A DNA stretch of 64,000 nucleotides from Candidatus Latescibacterota bacterium (GTDB lineage Bacteria > Latescibacterota > UBA2968 > UBA8231): NCBI GenBank assembly GCA_965204725.1, contig OZ242005.1, positions 1,248,001-1,312,000 of the forward strand, written 5' to 3'. The translations under genes were made by a program, and so were the position numbers. The notes under the pieces were generated by a model. That model did no database searches. It saw only the letters and a program-made list of their open reading frames with translations, and was not told the DNA's origin. Positions 46,950-57,169 of the stretch are shown in pieces (the stretch's first letter is position 1; each line of letters opens with the position of its first letter).

Positions 46950-49900
46950 GCCAAAGGACACAATGTCTGCCGCCAAGCTGGAACAGCGACTGGTCCTATT
47001 GGCTTGGCTGAATGAACGGCTGGGCTATACAGAGAACCGCGATCTCTTAGCGGACATGAAGCAAGCCGATGAAGGCTTTGACGCCGAGGGCCGCAGCCGC
47101 ATCTACGCCCGGTTGGCGTCCCGATTGAGCCGCCTAAAGGACATTTCGCTGGAGGACTTAGAGCGGTACGACGCCAATATCCGCAACCATCTAACGGCGA
47201 TGAACAGGGGGCGGCTCCAGCCCATCTCCCTGCGCTACTTCCAATATCTGGCGGCCCTATACACTGAAATTTTTCTCGACTGGTACTTCAATCGCCGCGT
47301 CGTGCTGTTGCGCTCGCTGAACGATTTGGTCAGGCGGCGCAATGTCAACCGTTCCGCCCAAGAGGCACGAGAAACGGAATTTGCCGCGGCGGATTTGTGC
47401 AAACTGGCGTTCTGGATGGCTACTGGCAGCGGCAAGACGCTCATCCTGCACCTGAACTACCGGCAATTTCTCCATTACAACAGCAAGGCGTTGGACAACA
47501 TCCTGTTGATCACGCCTAACGAAGGGCTGAGCGAGCAGCATTTGGCGGAACTGCAAGCGTCCAACATCCCCGCGTCGCGGTTTGAACTGAACAAAAGTAG
47601 CTTGCTGGGGTCTGGGCGAAACGCCATTGAGGTCACCGAGATTACCAAGTTGGTTGAGGAAAAGCGGGGCGGTGGGATGCGCGTACCCGTAGAGGCGTTT
47701 GAAGGCCATAACCTAATTTTTGTCGATGAAGGACACAAAGGCTCCGGCGGCGATGCTTGGCGCAAAGTTCGGGACGCGCTGGGCGAGACCGGGTTCACCT
47801 TTGAATACAGTGCGACCTTTGGGCAAGCCCTGACCGCGGCGAAGAATGACGCGCTGACGGCGGAATACGGCAAAGCCATCGCGTTTGACTACTCCTATCG
47901 CTACTTCTACGGCGATGGCTATGGCAAGGACTTCCACATCCTCAACTTGCAACAAGAAACGACCGCCGACCGGACCGATAGGCTGTTGCTCGCCAACCTG
48001 CTCTCCTTTTACGAGCAGCACCTCGTCTTTGTCGAGCAGGCCGAGGCGTTCCAGCCCTACAATCTGGCCCGGCCGCTGTGGACCTTCGTCGGCGGCAGTG
48101 TCAACGCGGTCTATACGGAAAAACGCCAATCCCGGAGCGACATTCTGACGGTGGTGCGGTTCCTACACCGGCTGATAGCGGATGCTACTTGGGCGACGGA
48201 TGCGCTTGAACAGTTGCTGAAGGGCAACTCAGACCTGTGCGACGCGGATGGCAACGACATTTTCGCCGACAAATTTGAGTACCTGCGCGGGCGGGATGCG
48301 GCCGCAGTGTATCGGGATATACTGGCGAGGGTGTTGCACGCTTCCGCCGGTAGTGGACTACACCTGTGCGATATACGCGGTAGCGGCGGCGAATTGGGCC
48401 TCAAAGTCGGCGGGGCGGAGGATTACTTCGGCCTCATTTACATCGGGGATACGACAAAATTCAAGAATCTGGTCGCGGCGGACAACGCTGGCATTGTCAC
48501 TGAGGAGGATGCTTTCGCTGGCTCCCTGTTTGACAGGCTCAACGATCCGGGGACGACCGTTGAGGTGCTGATTGGCGCTAAAAAATTTATCGAGGGTTGG
48601 GATTCTTGGCGCGTGTCCAACATGGGGCTGCTCAACATCGGCCGGAGCGAGGGATCGCAGATAATCCAGCTATTTGGGCGCGGCGTGCGTTTGCGCGGTC
48701 GAGATATGACGCTGAAGCGCAGTTCCGCGCTGGACGGACGGCATCCCGATTGCATCAAGTTGTTGGAAACCCTCAACATCTTTGCTGTCCGCGCCAACTA
48801 CATGGCCCATTTCCGGGACTATCTGGAGCGGGAAGGCGTGGAATTGGATGGGGTGTTGGAACTGCCGTTGTTCGTTAAGCCCAACGAGGATTTTCTGAAT
48901 AAGGGACTGGTCATTCCCCGAGTGAACGATGGGCGGAGTTTCGTCGCCGGTAAAGCGGTTATGCTGAAGCCTGATCCGAATGTGCGCCCAGTGTCCGTTG
49001 ATATGTCCGCAAAGGTACACAGGATGGATAGCAGCGAAGGAGGGCCAATAGATGCCGAGGCGAGTGCCGGCACAGAAGGCCCCATACCGCCCGAAAGCCT
49101 CGCGCTTGTGGATTGGGAAAGCGTCTATCTCGACCTGCTTGCATACAAGGAGCAAAAGGGGTGGAGAAACTTGATCGTCCAACCGGACGCGCCGCGAAAC
49201 ATTTTGGCATATCGCAGCGAATCCGGTGCGCTGTACAGCCTGATAGCGGATAAGGCCGTAGTACAGCCGCAAAGTTTCGACGACTTGAAGCGGCTGAAAG
49301 AGGCGGCGACCAACCTAGTGCGGAAGTACGCCGACGCGCTCTATTGGCACCGACGCGAGCAGTGGAATGCAGCAAACTTGGTCTATAAGACGCTGGACGA
49401 GCGCGAGCCTAACCTGCGGTTCAACGTCAGCGATGCCGATAGCAGCCCCAGTGGGCAGTATCTAGTCCGTGTGCCGCGGTCAGAGACCGCATTGATACAG
49501 AAGATTGAAGCACTCATCGCGGATAGCTACAAGTTATACGACGACGAGGCCGCGGCGGGTGCTTTGCCGCGCATCCACTTTGACCGGCACTTATATCAAC
49601 CGCTGCTACTAAGCGATGACAAAGTAGAAGTATCCCCACCGGGGTTAAACAAAAGCGAACAGCAGTTCGTGCGGGACTTGCGGGAATACTGGAACGAAGA
49701 GCAAGGCAACGCACTGGTCGGCGCGGACCTATTCCTGCTGCGGAATCAGAGCCGCGGCCAAGGGGTGGGGTTCTTTGAGAACAGCGGCTTCTATCCCGAC
49801 TTCATTCTCTGGATTAAAGCCGACGACGCCCAGCACATCGTGTTCGTCGAACCGCACGGGATGCTTCAGGCCAACGCGTACCAGCACGACGACAAAGCGC

Positions 49901-50190
49901 GCCTGCACGAGCGGTTGCCGGCCTTAGCCCACGACATATCCCAGCGCTCCAACGTATCAAACGTAAGCCTCGACTCCTTCATCGTTTCGGCGACGCCCCA
50001 TAAGGAATTGCACAAGCGTTACGATGATGGATCGTGGGACCGGGAACGCTTCGCCCAAGCGCACATCCTCTTTCCCGAGCGCACTGGCGAGTACGATTAC
50101 TTGGCGAAAATCATTGAGGGCGCACCAAGCACTAACATCGGAGGCAGAAATGACCAACCATCCCACGGCGGCGGAACGCGCTTTCTTTGA
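46933..50190 (+). CDS. res: Type III restriction enzyme Res subunit (SF2 helicase plus PD-(D/E)XK nuclease)
   Basis: WMATGSGKT, VDEGHKG, EYSATFGQ, KKFIEGWD, QLFGRGVRL, FYPDFILW...VEPHG. The 3' end overlaps the next gene by 41 nt. Confidence 0.92.
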   Translation: MPRRSRPKDTMSAAKLEQRLVLLAWLNERLGYTENRDLLADMKQADEGFDAEGRSRIYARLASRLSRLKDISLEDLERYDANIRNHLTAMNRGRLQPISLRYFQYLAALYTEIFLDWYFNRRVVLLRSLNDLVRRRNVNRSAQEARETEFAAADLCKLAFWMATGSGKTLILHLNYRQFLHYNSKALDNILLITPNEGLSEQHLAELQASNIPASRFELNKSSLLGSGRNAIEVTEITKLVEEKRGGGMRVPVEAFEGHNLIFVDEGHKGSGGDAWRKVRDALGETGFTFEYSATFGQALTAAKNDALTAEYGKAIAFDYSYRYFYGDGYGKDFHILNLQQETTADRTDRLLLANLLSFYEQHLVFVEQAEAFQPYNLARPLWTFVGGSVNAVYTEKRQSRSDILTVVRFLHRLIADATWATDALEQLLKGNSDLCDADGNDIFADKFEYLRGRDAAAVYRDILARVLHASAGSGLHLCDIRGSGGELGLKVGGAEDYFGLIYIGDTTKFKNLVAADNAGIVTEEDAFAGSLFDRLNDPGTTVEVLIGAKKFIEGWDSWRVSNMGLLNIGRSEGSQIIQLFGRGVRLRGRDMTLKRSSALDGRHPDCIKLLETLNIFAVRANYMAHFRDYLEREGVELDGVLELPLFVKPNEDFLNKGLVIPRVNDGRSFVAGKAVMLKPDPNVRPVSVDMSAKVHRMDSSEGGPIDAEASAGTEGPIPPESLALVDWESVYLDLLAYKEQKGWRNLIVQPDAPRNILAYRSESGALYSLIADKAVVQPQSFDDLKRLKEAATNLVRKYADALYWHRREQWNAANLVYKTLDEREPNLRFNVSDADSSPSGQYLVRVPRSETALIQKIEALIADSYKLYDDEAAAGALPRIHFDRHLYQPLLLSDDKVEVSPPGLNKSEQQFVRDLREYWNEEQGNALVGADLFLLRNQSRGQGVGFFENSGFYPDFILWIKADDAQHIVFVEPHGMLQANAYQHDDKARLHERLPALAHDISQRSNVSNVSLDSFIVSATPHKELHKRYDDGSWDRERFAQAHILFPERTGEYDYLAKIIEGAPSTNIGGRNDQPSHGGGTRFL

Positions 50191-50935
50191 GGACAACGGG
50201 TACTTGGTGCTAGAAGACTTCCTCGCGCCCGAGCGGGTCGCGGCCCTGTCGGCGGCTCTAGAGCAGGTCATTGCACGGCGGCGAGCACCCGAGTTCAGGC
50301 GCGAGCACGAACCTGTCTTTGCGGATCGGCTCGACCCGGGCGCGGTGCGGGTCATGCACCTGCTGGCCGAGAATCCGCTCTTTTTGGAAATGCTCTCCTA
50401 CGAGCCGATGATGGCCTACGTCCACGCACTCTTCAATTCCATGCCGCATCTGCATTCGACGGACGCCTTCTACGAAGTTGAACCGGCCGAGTACCACGGG
50501 CAGGGGTGGCACATCGATGGGATTCAGCATGGCTTTCGCAACCTCGGATCGCCCATCCCGCTGTTGCAGTTCAAGGTCGGCTATTACCTAAGCGACATGC
50601 GGGCGCCAGACCAAGGCAACCTAACCTTGGTGCCGAAAAGCCATAAGGCGCTGGTAGAGCCGACGGCCGAGGACTTGCAGGCCGGGGCCGTCCAAATCTG
50701 TGGCGGCCCGGGGATGGCGGTGTTTTTCCACAACGCCGTGTGGCATACGGCCGGCCCCTTTGTGCGCCGCGGAGGCAAGCGGGTGATGCTGTACTATGGG
50801 TACGAGCATCCGTGGATGTTGGCGTGTGCTGAGCAGTGGCGCTACGACCGGGCCTTCTTGCAGGGGCTCGCACCCGCGCAACGGCGCTTTTTCCACGGGT
50901 TTGTGTTCGACCCGCCTGAGTATCGCTGGGGATGA
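50150..50935 (+). CDS. Phytanoyl-CoA dioxygenase (PhyH) family protein
   Basis: GGAGG RBS; FFEDNGYLVLEDFL, WHID, LVPKSH, FFHNAVWHTA. Confidence 0.88.
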   Translation: MTNHPTAAERAFFEDNGYLVLEDFLAPERVAALSAALEQVIARRRAPEFRREHEPVFADRLDPGAVRVMHLLAENPLFLEMLSYEPMMAYVHALFNSMPHLHSTDAFYEVEPAEYHGQGWHIDGIQHGFRNLGSPIPLLQFKVGYYLSDMRAPDQGNLTLVPKSHKALVEPTAEDLQAGAVQICGGPGMAVFFHNAVWHTAGPFVRRGGKRVMLYYGYEHPWMLACAEQWRYDRAFLQGLAPAQRRFFHGFVFDPPEYRWG

Positions 50936-51498
50936 GCTGGAACTCGCCCGATCTGCGGGGGCGTCGCCGGTTGGGCCTCGCCCTGTTTTTGAGCTCGCTG
51001 GCCATGCTCTTTGGCGCCAGCATCGCGGCCTTTGCTTACCTGCGGCTGACTAGCCCGGTGCTGCGGGGGAGCGAGCGCATTGAACTGCCGCTGGTGCTCG
51101 GCGTTTCGACGATCGTGCTGTTGGGTGCTGGGCTGGCCATGTACAAGGCGACGCAGAACGCCCGGCGCGGGCACTTCCCGCTCCTGCGGCGGTGGCTGGC
51201 CCGGGCTTGGGTGACGAGCGCGCTGTTTATCGCCGTGCAGGTGCCGGCACTGCTACAGCTACTCGACCGCCACCGAGCGCTGGAGGCGAGTGCCTACGGC
51301 ATTGCATTCGCGCTGGTCGTGGTTCACGCGCTGCACGTGGTCGGCGGGATGGTGCCGTTGTCGGTGCTAGCTTGGAAGGCGCACGTAAATCGGCTCGACA
51401 GCGAGCACCTCTTTACGGTGCGGGCCTGCGCTGCGTACTGGCATTTCCTCGAAGCGGTGTGGATCGCGCTGTTGGCCGCGCTTTTTGTGTGGGGATGA
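50932..51498 (+). CDS. Cytochrome c oxidase subunit III family protein (orphan)
   Basis: LGLALFLSSLAMLF, HALHVVGG, YWHFLEAVW. Confidence 0.85.
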   Translation: MSWNSPDLRGRRRLGLALFLSSLAMLFGASIAAFAYLRLTSPVLRGSERIELPLVLGVSTIVLLGAGLAMYKATQNARRGHFPLLRRWLARAWVTSALFIAVQVPALLQLLDRHRALEASAYGIAFALVVVHALHVVGGMVPLSVLAWKAHVNRLDSEHLFTVRACAAYWHFLEAVWIALLAALFVWG

Positions 51499-51537
51499 AA
51501 AGTGGGCAAAAGAAGGCCATAGCGCATTTCTCCCAAC

Positions 51538-53904
51538 CTAGTAGGCCACGGCCACGACGCGCCTCGCGCTGCGCTCTCCGGCGTCGCCAGTGACTTGCAG
51601 TTCGGCTATGTAGAGGCCGGGCGGTACGCGCTGGCCGTCTAGGTCGCGGCCGTCCCAGTGATAGGCGATGTCGCCTGCCTGACCGGCCTGCTCTAGAATA
51701 AAAAGCGGCTGGCCGGACAAATCGTAGATCCGCAGGTGCAAGGGGCGGGCGGAAAGCACGTTGATGAGGTCGAAGGAGATGCGGAGTTGGTCGTTGATCC
51801 CGTCGCCGTTGGGCGTGATGAGCGCGGGGCTGAAAGAGAGGTCGGCAAAGAGTTGGTCGGCGATGGGCAGGCGCACGATGTTGGAGCTGCTCTCGACTTG
51901 GGGGGAGGCGTCGCCCGGATCGACGAGTTGTCGCGTCGGCGTCTTTTGGCTGTCTTCGAGAAAGGCGTCAAAGCGGGTCGCCTGCACATAGACCGGCGCG
52001 GTAAAGCGCAGCTCGACGAGTTGGCGGCTGCGAATGCGGCGCGGGAACGTGGCGCGAAAGCCCTGAGCGAGAGCCTCAACGGCGACCTCGACCCGCTCGC
52101 CATCGACCAAGGCGGCGTCAAAGTGGGGGACTGTGGAAGCTTCAATTGCGATCCGGTCGAAGCCGTCTTGGGTCGTTGTGGGCCGCAGGAAATAGGAAAA
52201 CAGGGTCCTTTGGCCGGGCGCGACCTCGAGGGGGAACACCTCGCCGACCACCTCGGCAGCCAGCGGGTCGCTGAAGTTGACGGCCAGCCAGTCGAAGCGG
52301 GGTGCCTGCGTGGGGCTGTCGGACACCAAGCGCACATCGAGTTCCATAAAGCGGCGCGGCGAAGGGGACAAAAAGGCCGCGCCCGAAGCGCGGTAGAGGT
52401 TGCTATAGGGGCTCCAGTCGGTCCCGGCGATGCGCGTAGTGTCGATTTTGCCCTTGAAACTGGGGATTAGTTTGCCGTAGCGCTTCTCGCTTACTTGCCG
52501 GCCGTTTTTATCGTAAAAGGTGTATTGCTCCACGACCTCGTTGCCCGTGCGCGAGCGGATTTCGATGTGAGTGCCCAATGGGGTCTGGGCCTGCCACTCA
52601 ATCGAGTTGAGATTTTTGCCGCGGCCCAAGTCAATCAGCGGCGAGCGGAGACGGACCGCGAGCGGATAGCCCTCGCCGTACACTTGGATTTCTTCGGCCG
52701 AGCCGTTGGCGTAGCAGCCCCAGCGCGAGGAGGCGTCGGGCAGGGCCGCAGCACAGGCGGCATCCCATATTAGCCAAACGATGCGGACGTAGCGGGCCGG
52801 TAGGGTGGGGAATTGGTGGTCGGCCAGCCCGGCGTTGTGGTTTTCGCTGCTCGCTTCCCCGGCAAAGTGCCGCGTCCATATTCGGGTGCCGTCGGGGGCG
52901 CTGGTGCCGTCCGAGGTGAGGACCTCGTAGTTTTTGTAGCTGAAGGAGCGCGAGCCGCTGGCCCCGGCCCGGGTGCGGAGGAGGTGTTCGCCAAAGCCGC
53001 CGCGGATGGCCACGCCGGTAATCAGGCGCACGAAATCCACTGGATAAACCGCCCCTAAGTCGATGGTGATGTGGCTGTAGGTGTTGTAGGTGTTGCGCGG
53101 CTCGCGCCCATTGCGCCAGCGGTCGAAGATGGAGCCATCCACTAGGTTGAGCGCGTTGCCCAAGGTAACCTCTTCGGCGCGGACAAAGGCGTCAATGACC
53201 ACGTCGATGGCCCCGCCGCGCTCGATGAGGTTGAGGATGAGGTTGTCGCCGATGCTCTCGACCTCAACGGCGACGAGCCGAGCGTTGGGAACGTGCTTGA
53301 GGTTGCGGATTTGCAGGTAGCGGATCGGCGTCAGGTAGAGCGCGTCGCCCGGGGCGTAGGCGACGCGGTGGCGCGTGTTTTCCTTAAAGCGTTCCTTAAT
53401 GCGGTAGATCAGGGAGCCGGCGACCGGATTGGCGACGTGGTCGAGCTGGGGCTCGCCGGCCGAGAGCAAGAGGTCGAACAGCTCAAAAGGGGGCGCGTCG
53501 TTGGCAAAGACGAGCGCGATGCTGTGCGCTGAGACGCTGCGGCCGAGGTCTATTTCCACGAACCAATCGGCCGGATCGTCCGTCGGGTTGGGTGCCCAGC
53601 CGGTCGCCGGGTTGCCGTCTAGGAGGGCGCGGGCGTCGCCGGGGTTGGAGCCGGCCCGATGGATGCCGCCGCCAAAAGCCGAGGCGTCGCGCACGGCATC
53701 CACGCCCTTTTGGACGCGCACGGGCTGGATTGCGCCGCTGGCCGCGATTTGGACCGCGCCCACCGGCACTTGCCAGTCGCGCCAATCGCGCCTCGAGTCA
53801 AAGCGCAACTGGTCCGCGCTCGCGCTACCGGCGAGCAAGACGAGGAGAGCGCAGGCCATGGACATGATGTATTGCAAAGTACTTTTACCGACCGCGTAAA
53901 TCAA
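51538..53904 (-). CDS. Secreted protein with C-terminal PNGDG/FlgD-Ig-like domain ('type B' paralog)
   Basis: LRFDSRRDWRDW; DGNPATGWAP..WFVEIDLGR; RSRTGN; WSPYS; SPSPRRF; ITPNGDGIND...WDGRD...PGLY...AVAY*. True start may be ~53865. Confidence 0.8.
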   Translation of the reverse strand: MIYAVGKSTLQYIMSMACALLVLLAGSASADQLRFDSRRDWRDWQVPVGAVQIAASGAIQPVRVQKGVDAVRDASAFGGGIHRAGSNPGDARALLDGNPATGWAPNPTDDPADWFVEIDLGRSVSAHSIALVFANDAPPFELFDLLLSAGEPQLDHVANPVAGSLIYRIKERFKENTRHRVAYAPGDALYLTPIRYLQIRNLKHVPNARLVAVEVESIGDNLILNLIERGGAIDVVIDAFVRAEEVTLGNALNLVDGSIFDRWRNGREPRNTYNTYSHITIDLGAVYPVDFVRLITGVAIRGGFGEHLLRTRAGASGSRSFSYKNYEVLTSDGTSAPDGTRIWTRHFAGEASSENHNAGLADHQFPTLPARYVRIVWLIWDAACAAALPDASSRWGCYANGSAEEIQVYGEGYPLAVRLRSPLIDLGRGKNLNSIEWQAQTPLGTHIEIRSRTGNEVVEQYTFYDKNGRQVSEKRYGKLIPSFKGKIDTTRIAGTDWSPYSNLYRASGAAFLSPSPRRFMELDVRLVSDSPTQAPRFDWLAVNFSDPLAAEVVGEVFPLEVAPGQRTLFSYFLRPTTTQDGFDRIAIEASTVPHFDAALVDGERVEVAVEALAQGFRATFPRRIRSRQLVELRFTAPVYVQATRFDAFLEDSQKTPTRQLVDPGDASPQVESSSNIVRLPIADQLFADLSFSPALITPNGDGINDQLRISFDLINVLSARPLHLRIYDLSGQPLFILEQAGQAGDIAYHWDGRDLDGQRVPPGLYIAELQVTGDAGERSARRVVAVAY

Positions 53905-53919
53905 CTTGGACGCTAAGAC

Positions 53920-54741
53920 ATGGGGCGCGTTGTGCTAGGAATCGCCGTGCTGGCGGCGGTGGGCTACGTTTTGGCCGCGGCCTATCTCTATTTTTTTCAG
54001 GAAAAATTCATCTACAGGCCGAGTGTTCGCATCGGGGGGACGCCGGCCGCAGTGGGGATGCGCTACGAGGAAGTCTCGTTGGTCGCCAGCGACGGGGTGC
54101 AGCTAAGCGGGTGGTACTTGCCGTTGGCCAATGCGCGGGGTACCGTGCTTTTTTGCCACGGCAATGCGGGCAATATGTCGCACTTGCTCGCCGTGGCCGA
54201 GGACGCGCATCGGTTGGGCTTGGGGATTTTGCTGTTTGACTATCGCGGCTATGGCCAGAGCGCGGGGACGCCATCGGAGGACGGTACGTATCGCGATGCC
54301 GAGGCGGCTTGGAACTACTTGGTGCGCGAAGCCGGCCTCGCCCCGGATCAGATCGCTGTTATCGGCCGCTCGTTGGGCGGGCCGATTGCCGCATGGCTGG
54401 CGCGGGCCAAAAAGCCGGCCGCGCTGTTCTTGGAGGCGACCTTTACCTCCATACCCGAGCTGGGCCAAACGCTGTATCCGATTTTTCCGATTGGCCTGCT
54501 CGCCCGCTACGAGTATCCCACGTTGGAGTACCTAAGGCAGGTCCAGTGCCCAGTGCTGATTGCGCACAGCCGCGACGACCGGCTGATTCCATTCGCGCAC
54601 GGCCAGCGGCTATACGAGGTCGCCGGCTCGCCCAAGGCGTTTACCGAGCTGCGGGGCGGCCACGGCTCGGCCTTTAGCGAGGACGCGGTCGCATATAAGG
54701 CCGGAGTGGAGGCGTTTTTGACGGAGGTGTTAGGGTGGTGA
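53920..54741 (+). CDS. Alpha/beta hydrolase (ABHD13/BEM46-like)
   Basis: N-terminal TM; FCHGNAGN, DYRGYGQS.G.PSE, GRSLGG, HSRDD, GGH. Confidence 0.9.
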   Translation: MGRVVLGIAVLAAVGYVLAAAYLYFFQEKFIYRPSVRIGGTPAAVGMRYEEVSLVASDGVQLSGWYLPLANARGTVLFCHGNAGNMSHLLAVAEDAHRLGLGILLFDYRGYGQSAGTPSEDGTYRDAEAAWNYLVREAGLAPDQIAVIGRSLGGPIAAWLARAKKPAALFLEATFTSIPELGQTLYPIFPIGLLARYEYPTLEYLRQVQCPVLIAHSRDDRLIPFAHGQRLYEVAGSPKAFTELRGGHGSAFSEDAVAYKAGVEAFLTEVLGW

Positions 54742-54836
54742 CGGAGGTGCTTTTGGCACTGGACGAATAGAGGCTTTGCCACCGCCCTTATTTGAGAATA
54801 GTATGTAGCCCACAAACCAACCTGTGGAGGAAGACA

Positions 54837-56056
54837 TGAGCGAAAAAACCAAGGGCGAGGTCGTGCGACTGGCGATGGTGGGTTGCGGCGGCATGGCCGG
54901 AGCGCACTTGCGGGGGTACGAAGAGTTGCTAAAAAAGGGCGAGACGCGGTTTTGCATTGTCGCGGCCGTAGATGCCGTGCCCGCACGGGCTGAGGAGTTT
55001 GCGGCGCGCATCAATGGGTTCGCTGGCTGGGAAGTCCAGACCTATACCAGCGTGGCCGAGCTGCTCGCCGGGGAAGACGCGCTCGATGGGGCCGATATAT
55101 GCAGCCCGCACGGCTTGCACCACGTGCTGGCCTGCGAGCTGCTAGAGGGCGGGGTTCACGTGCTGGTCGAAAAGCCGATTGGGGTCACCGTGCGGGCCTC
55201 AAAGAAGATCGCGCAGACGGCGCAGCGCTGCGGGCGGGTCGCGGCCACGGCCGAGCAATGCCGCCGCTCCTTGGGCCAGCGCACCATCCACTGGGCCTTT
55301 AAGGACGGCCTGTTGGGCGCGCCGAAAATGTGGTGGGCCGTGCAGGCCGGGTGGCGCGATCCAGCGGTCGTGCCCAATTGGCACTGGCGCGTCGATCGCA
55401 AGTTGGGGGGGTGCGGCATGGTCATGGACAGCGGGGCGCACTGGGTTGACACCATGCGCTATTGGTTTGGCGAGATTGAGAGCGTGTACGCCCGGGTGGA
55501 GCAGATCTACCCGCGCCCTCATCGCCGCGGCGAGGCCCTGGTCGATAGTGCGTCCGAGGACTTTTGGACCAGCATATTCAACTTCAAAAGCGGATTAATC
55601 GGCACGTGGTCGTGGACCATCAGCGCGCCCGGCAAGGGGTTTACTCAACTGACGCTGAGCGGCGAGAAGGGATCGATCATCGACGCAGACATCTTCCACC
55701 CAGCCGCCTCTCAGGAGCGCGGCGAGTGCCAACTCGCCAGCGGTGTCACGTACAGCATGTCTAAGCTGCAAGAAATGTATTTGGCGACCCTGAGCGAGGA
55801 AGAAAAGGACGCGCTCTTCCCCTATGGAATCACCGGCGGGGTGACGCTGGAGTTGTGGGACTTTATCGACGCGCTGAGTGCAGGGCGACCGGTGGAAATC
55901 GACGCGGAGGAAGGCTTGCGGAGCAAGGCCGTCAGCGAGGCCATTTACGAATCCGGCCAGTCCGGGCAGGTGGTACAGGTTGCCGATGTGTTGGCCGGCA
56001 AAATCGACGCGTACCAGCGCGACATTGACCAAGCGTGGGGGCTAGATGCCAATTAG
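54837..56056 (+). CDS. Gfo/Idh/MocA family oxidoreductase
   Basis: VGCGGMA, CSPHGLH, HVLVEKP, MDSGAHWVD. Confidence 0.92.
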
Positions 56057-57058
56057 GCGGTGCCACAGCCGCTTTAGGGCTTGGTCGGTGCGCTGGGCGT
56101 CGAACGGGTTGGTGCGCTCGATGTCGGCGAAGTGTGCGGGGCGGGCTGGGTCTGGCAACAGGCGGAATGTGAAGAGGTACGCGCCGGTGGAGTCGAGATA
56201 GAAGTCGGAGCGACCAAAGCGCAGGTCGTAGAAGTAGAGGGCATCGGCGCGGTGCTCCACCCGATAGTACCCGCGCGAAAACCACAACAGGCGTTGGACG
56301 GGTGGATCGTCGAGTTGGGGGGCGATGAGCGGGGTGTTGCGCTCAATGCGGCGGAAGCGGATGGCCGAGTCGGCGTCGAGCAGGGAATACAGCCCGGCCC
56401 ACAGGTGGTCGCCCTCGCCGGCCAAGCCCGACCACAGCACGGCGTTGAACGGAGTCGGCGCGATGTGCAGACGCTCGTAAGCAATGCCTTGATCGGAGAG
56501 GGCGCGGGCAAAGGTGCTGCGCACGTGCAGGCAAGTCGCGGTGGTGGCAAGCAGGTACGCCGTGCTCAAGCCAAGGCCCAGCGCGTTGAGCCGCCGCCGC
56601 CAGCGCGGTCGCCGCTGGCACAGGGCGGCGATGAGGCCGCCCGCCAAGGGCAGGGTATAGAGCGGATCGATGACGGAGATGGAACTGAAGGCGACCGGGT
56701 ACTTGCTAAACGGACTGAATAGTTGGGTGCCGTAGCCGGTGAAGCAGTCGAGGAGGGCGTGGGTGAGAAGTGCCCAAAACCCAAGCGCGGCCCACTCGCG
56801 CCAAGGCGCGGCGCGGTGGAGCTTGGACAGCGCCCACCCCACTCCGAGGCTGCCGACTACGGCAAAGAGCAGGGAGTGCGACATCCAGCGGTGAAAGCCC
56901 AGTTGGTCGGTCTCCGACAGAAAGACTGCTCCCAACACATCAAGGTCTGGGAGGATGCCCAGGGCCGCGCCCCACAGGGGGGCTTTGTTGCCAACCTTTT
57001 TGCCTAAAACCTTTTCGCCAACGGCCGCGCCGAGCGCGATTTGCGTAACGCTATCCAT
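56042..57058 (-). CDS. YdjM-like inner-membrane metal-dependent hydrolase
   Basis: MDSVTQIALGAAVGE, LPDLD, HR..SHS, THALLDCFT.YGTQL, IDPLYTLP, DLRFG. Confidence 0.88.
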   Translation of the reverse strand: MDSVTQIALGAAVGEKVLGKKVGNKAPLWGAALGILPDLDVLGAVFLSETDQLGFHRWMSHSLLFAVVGSLGVGWALSKLHRAAPWREWAALGFWALLTHALLDCFTGYGTQLFSPFSKYPVAFSSISVIDPLYTLPLAGGLIAALCQRRPRWRRRLNALGLGLSTAYLLATTATCLHVRSTFARALSDQGIAYERLHIAPTPFNAVLWSGLAGEGDHLWAGLYSLLDADSAIRFRRIERNTPLIAPQLDDPPVQRLLWFSRGYYRVEHRADALYFYDLRFGRSDFYLDSTGAYLFTFRLLPDPARPAHFADIERTNPFDAQRTDQALKRLWHRLIGI

Positions 57059-57169
57059 AGAGGTTTTTGATTTGCAGAGAACGTACAAAGAAAACGCCGC
57101 GTGTGCATCTTGGAGGCCGACCCAGCGCGATAAACCGGCCGCGCACTTGGACCGATGACGACCACAACT

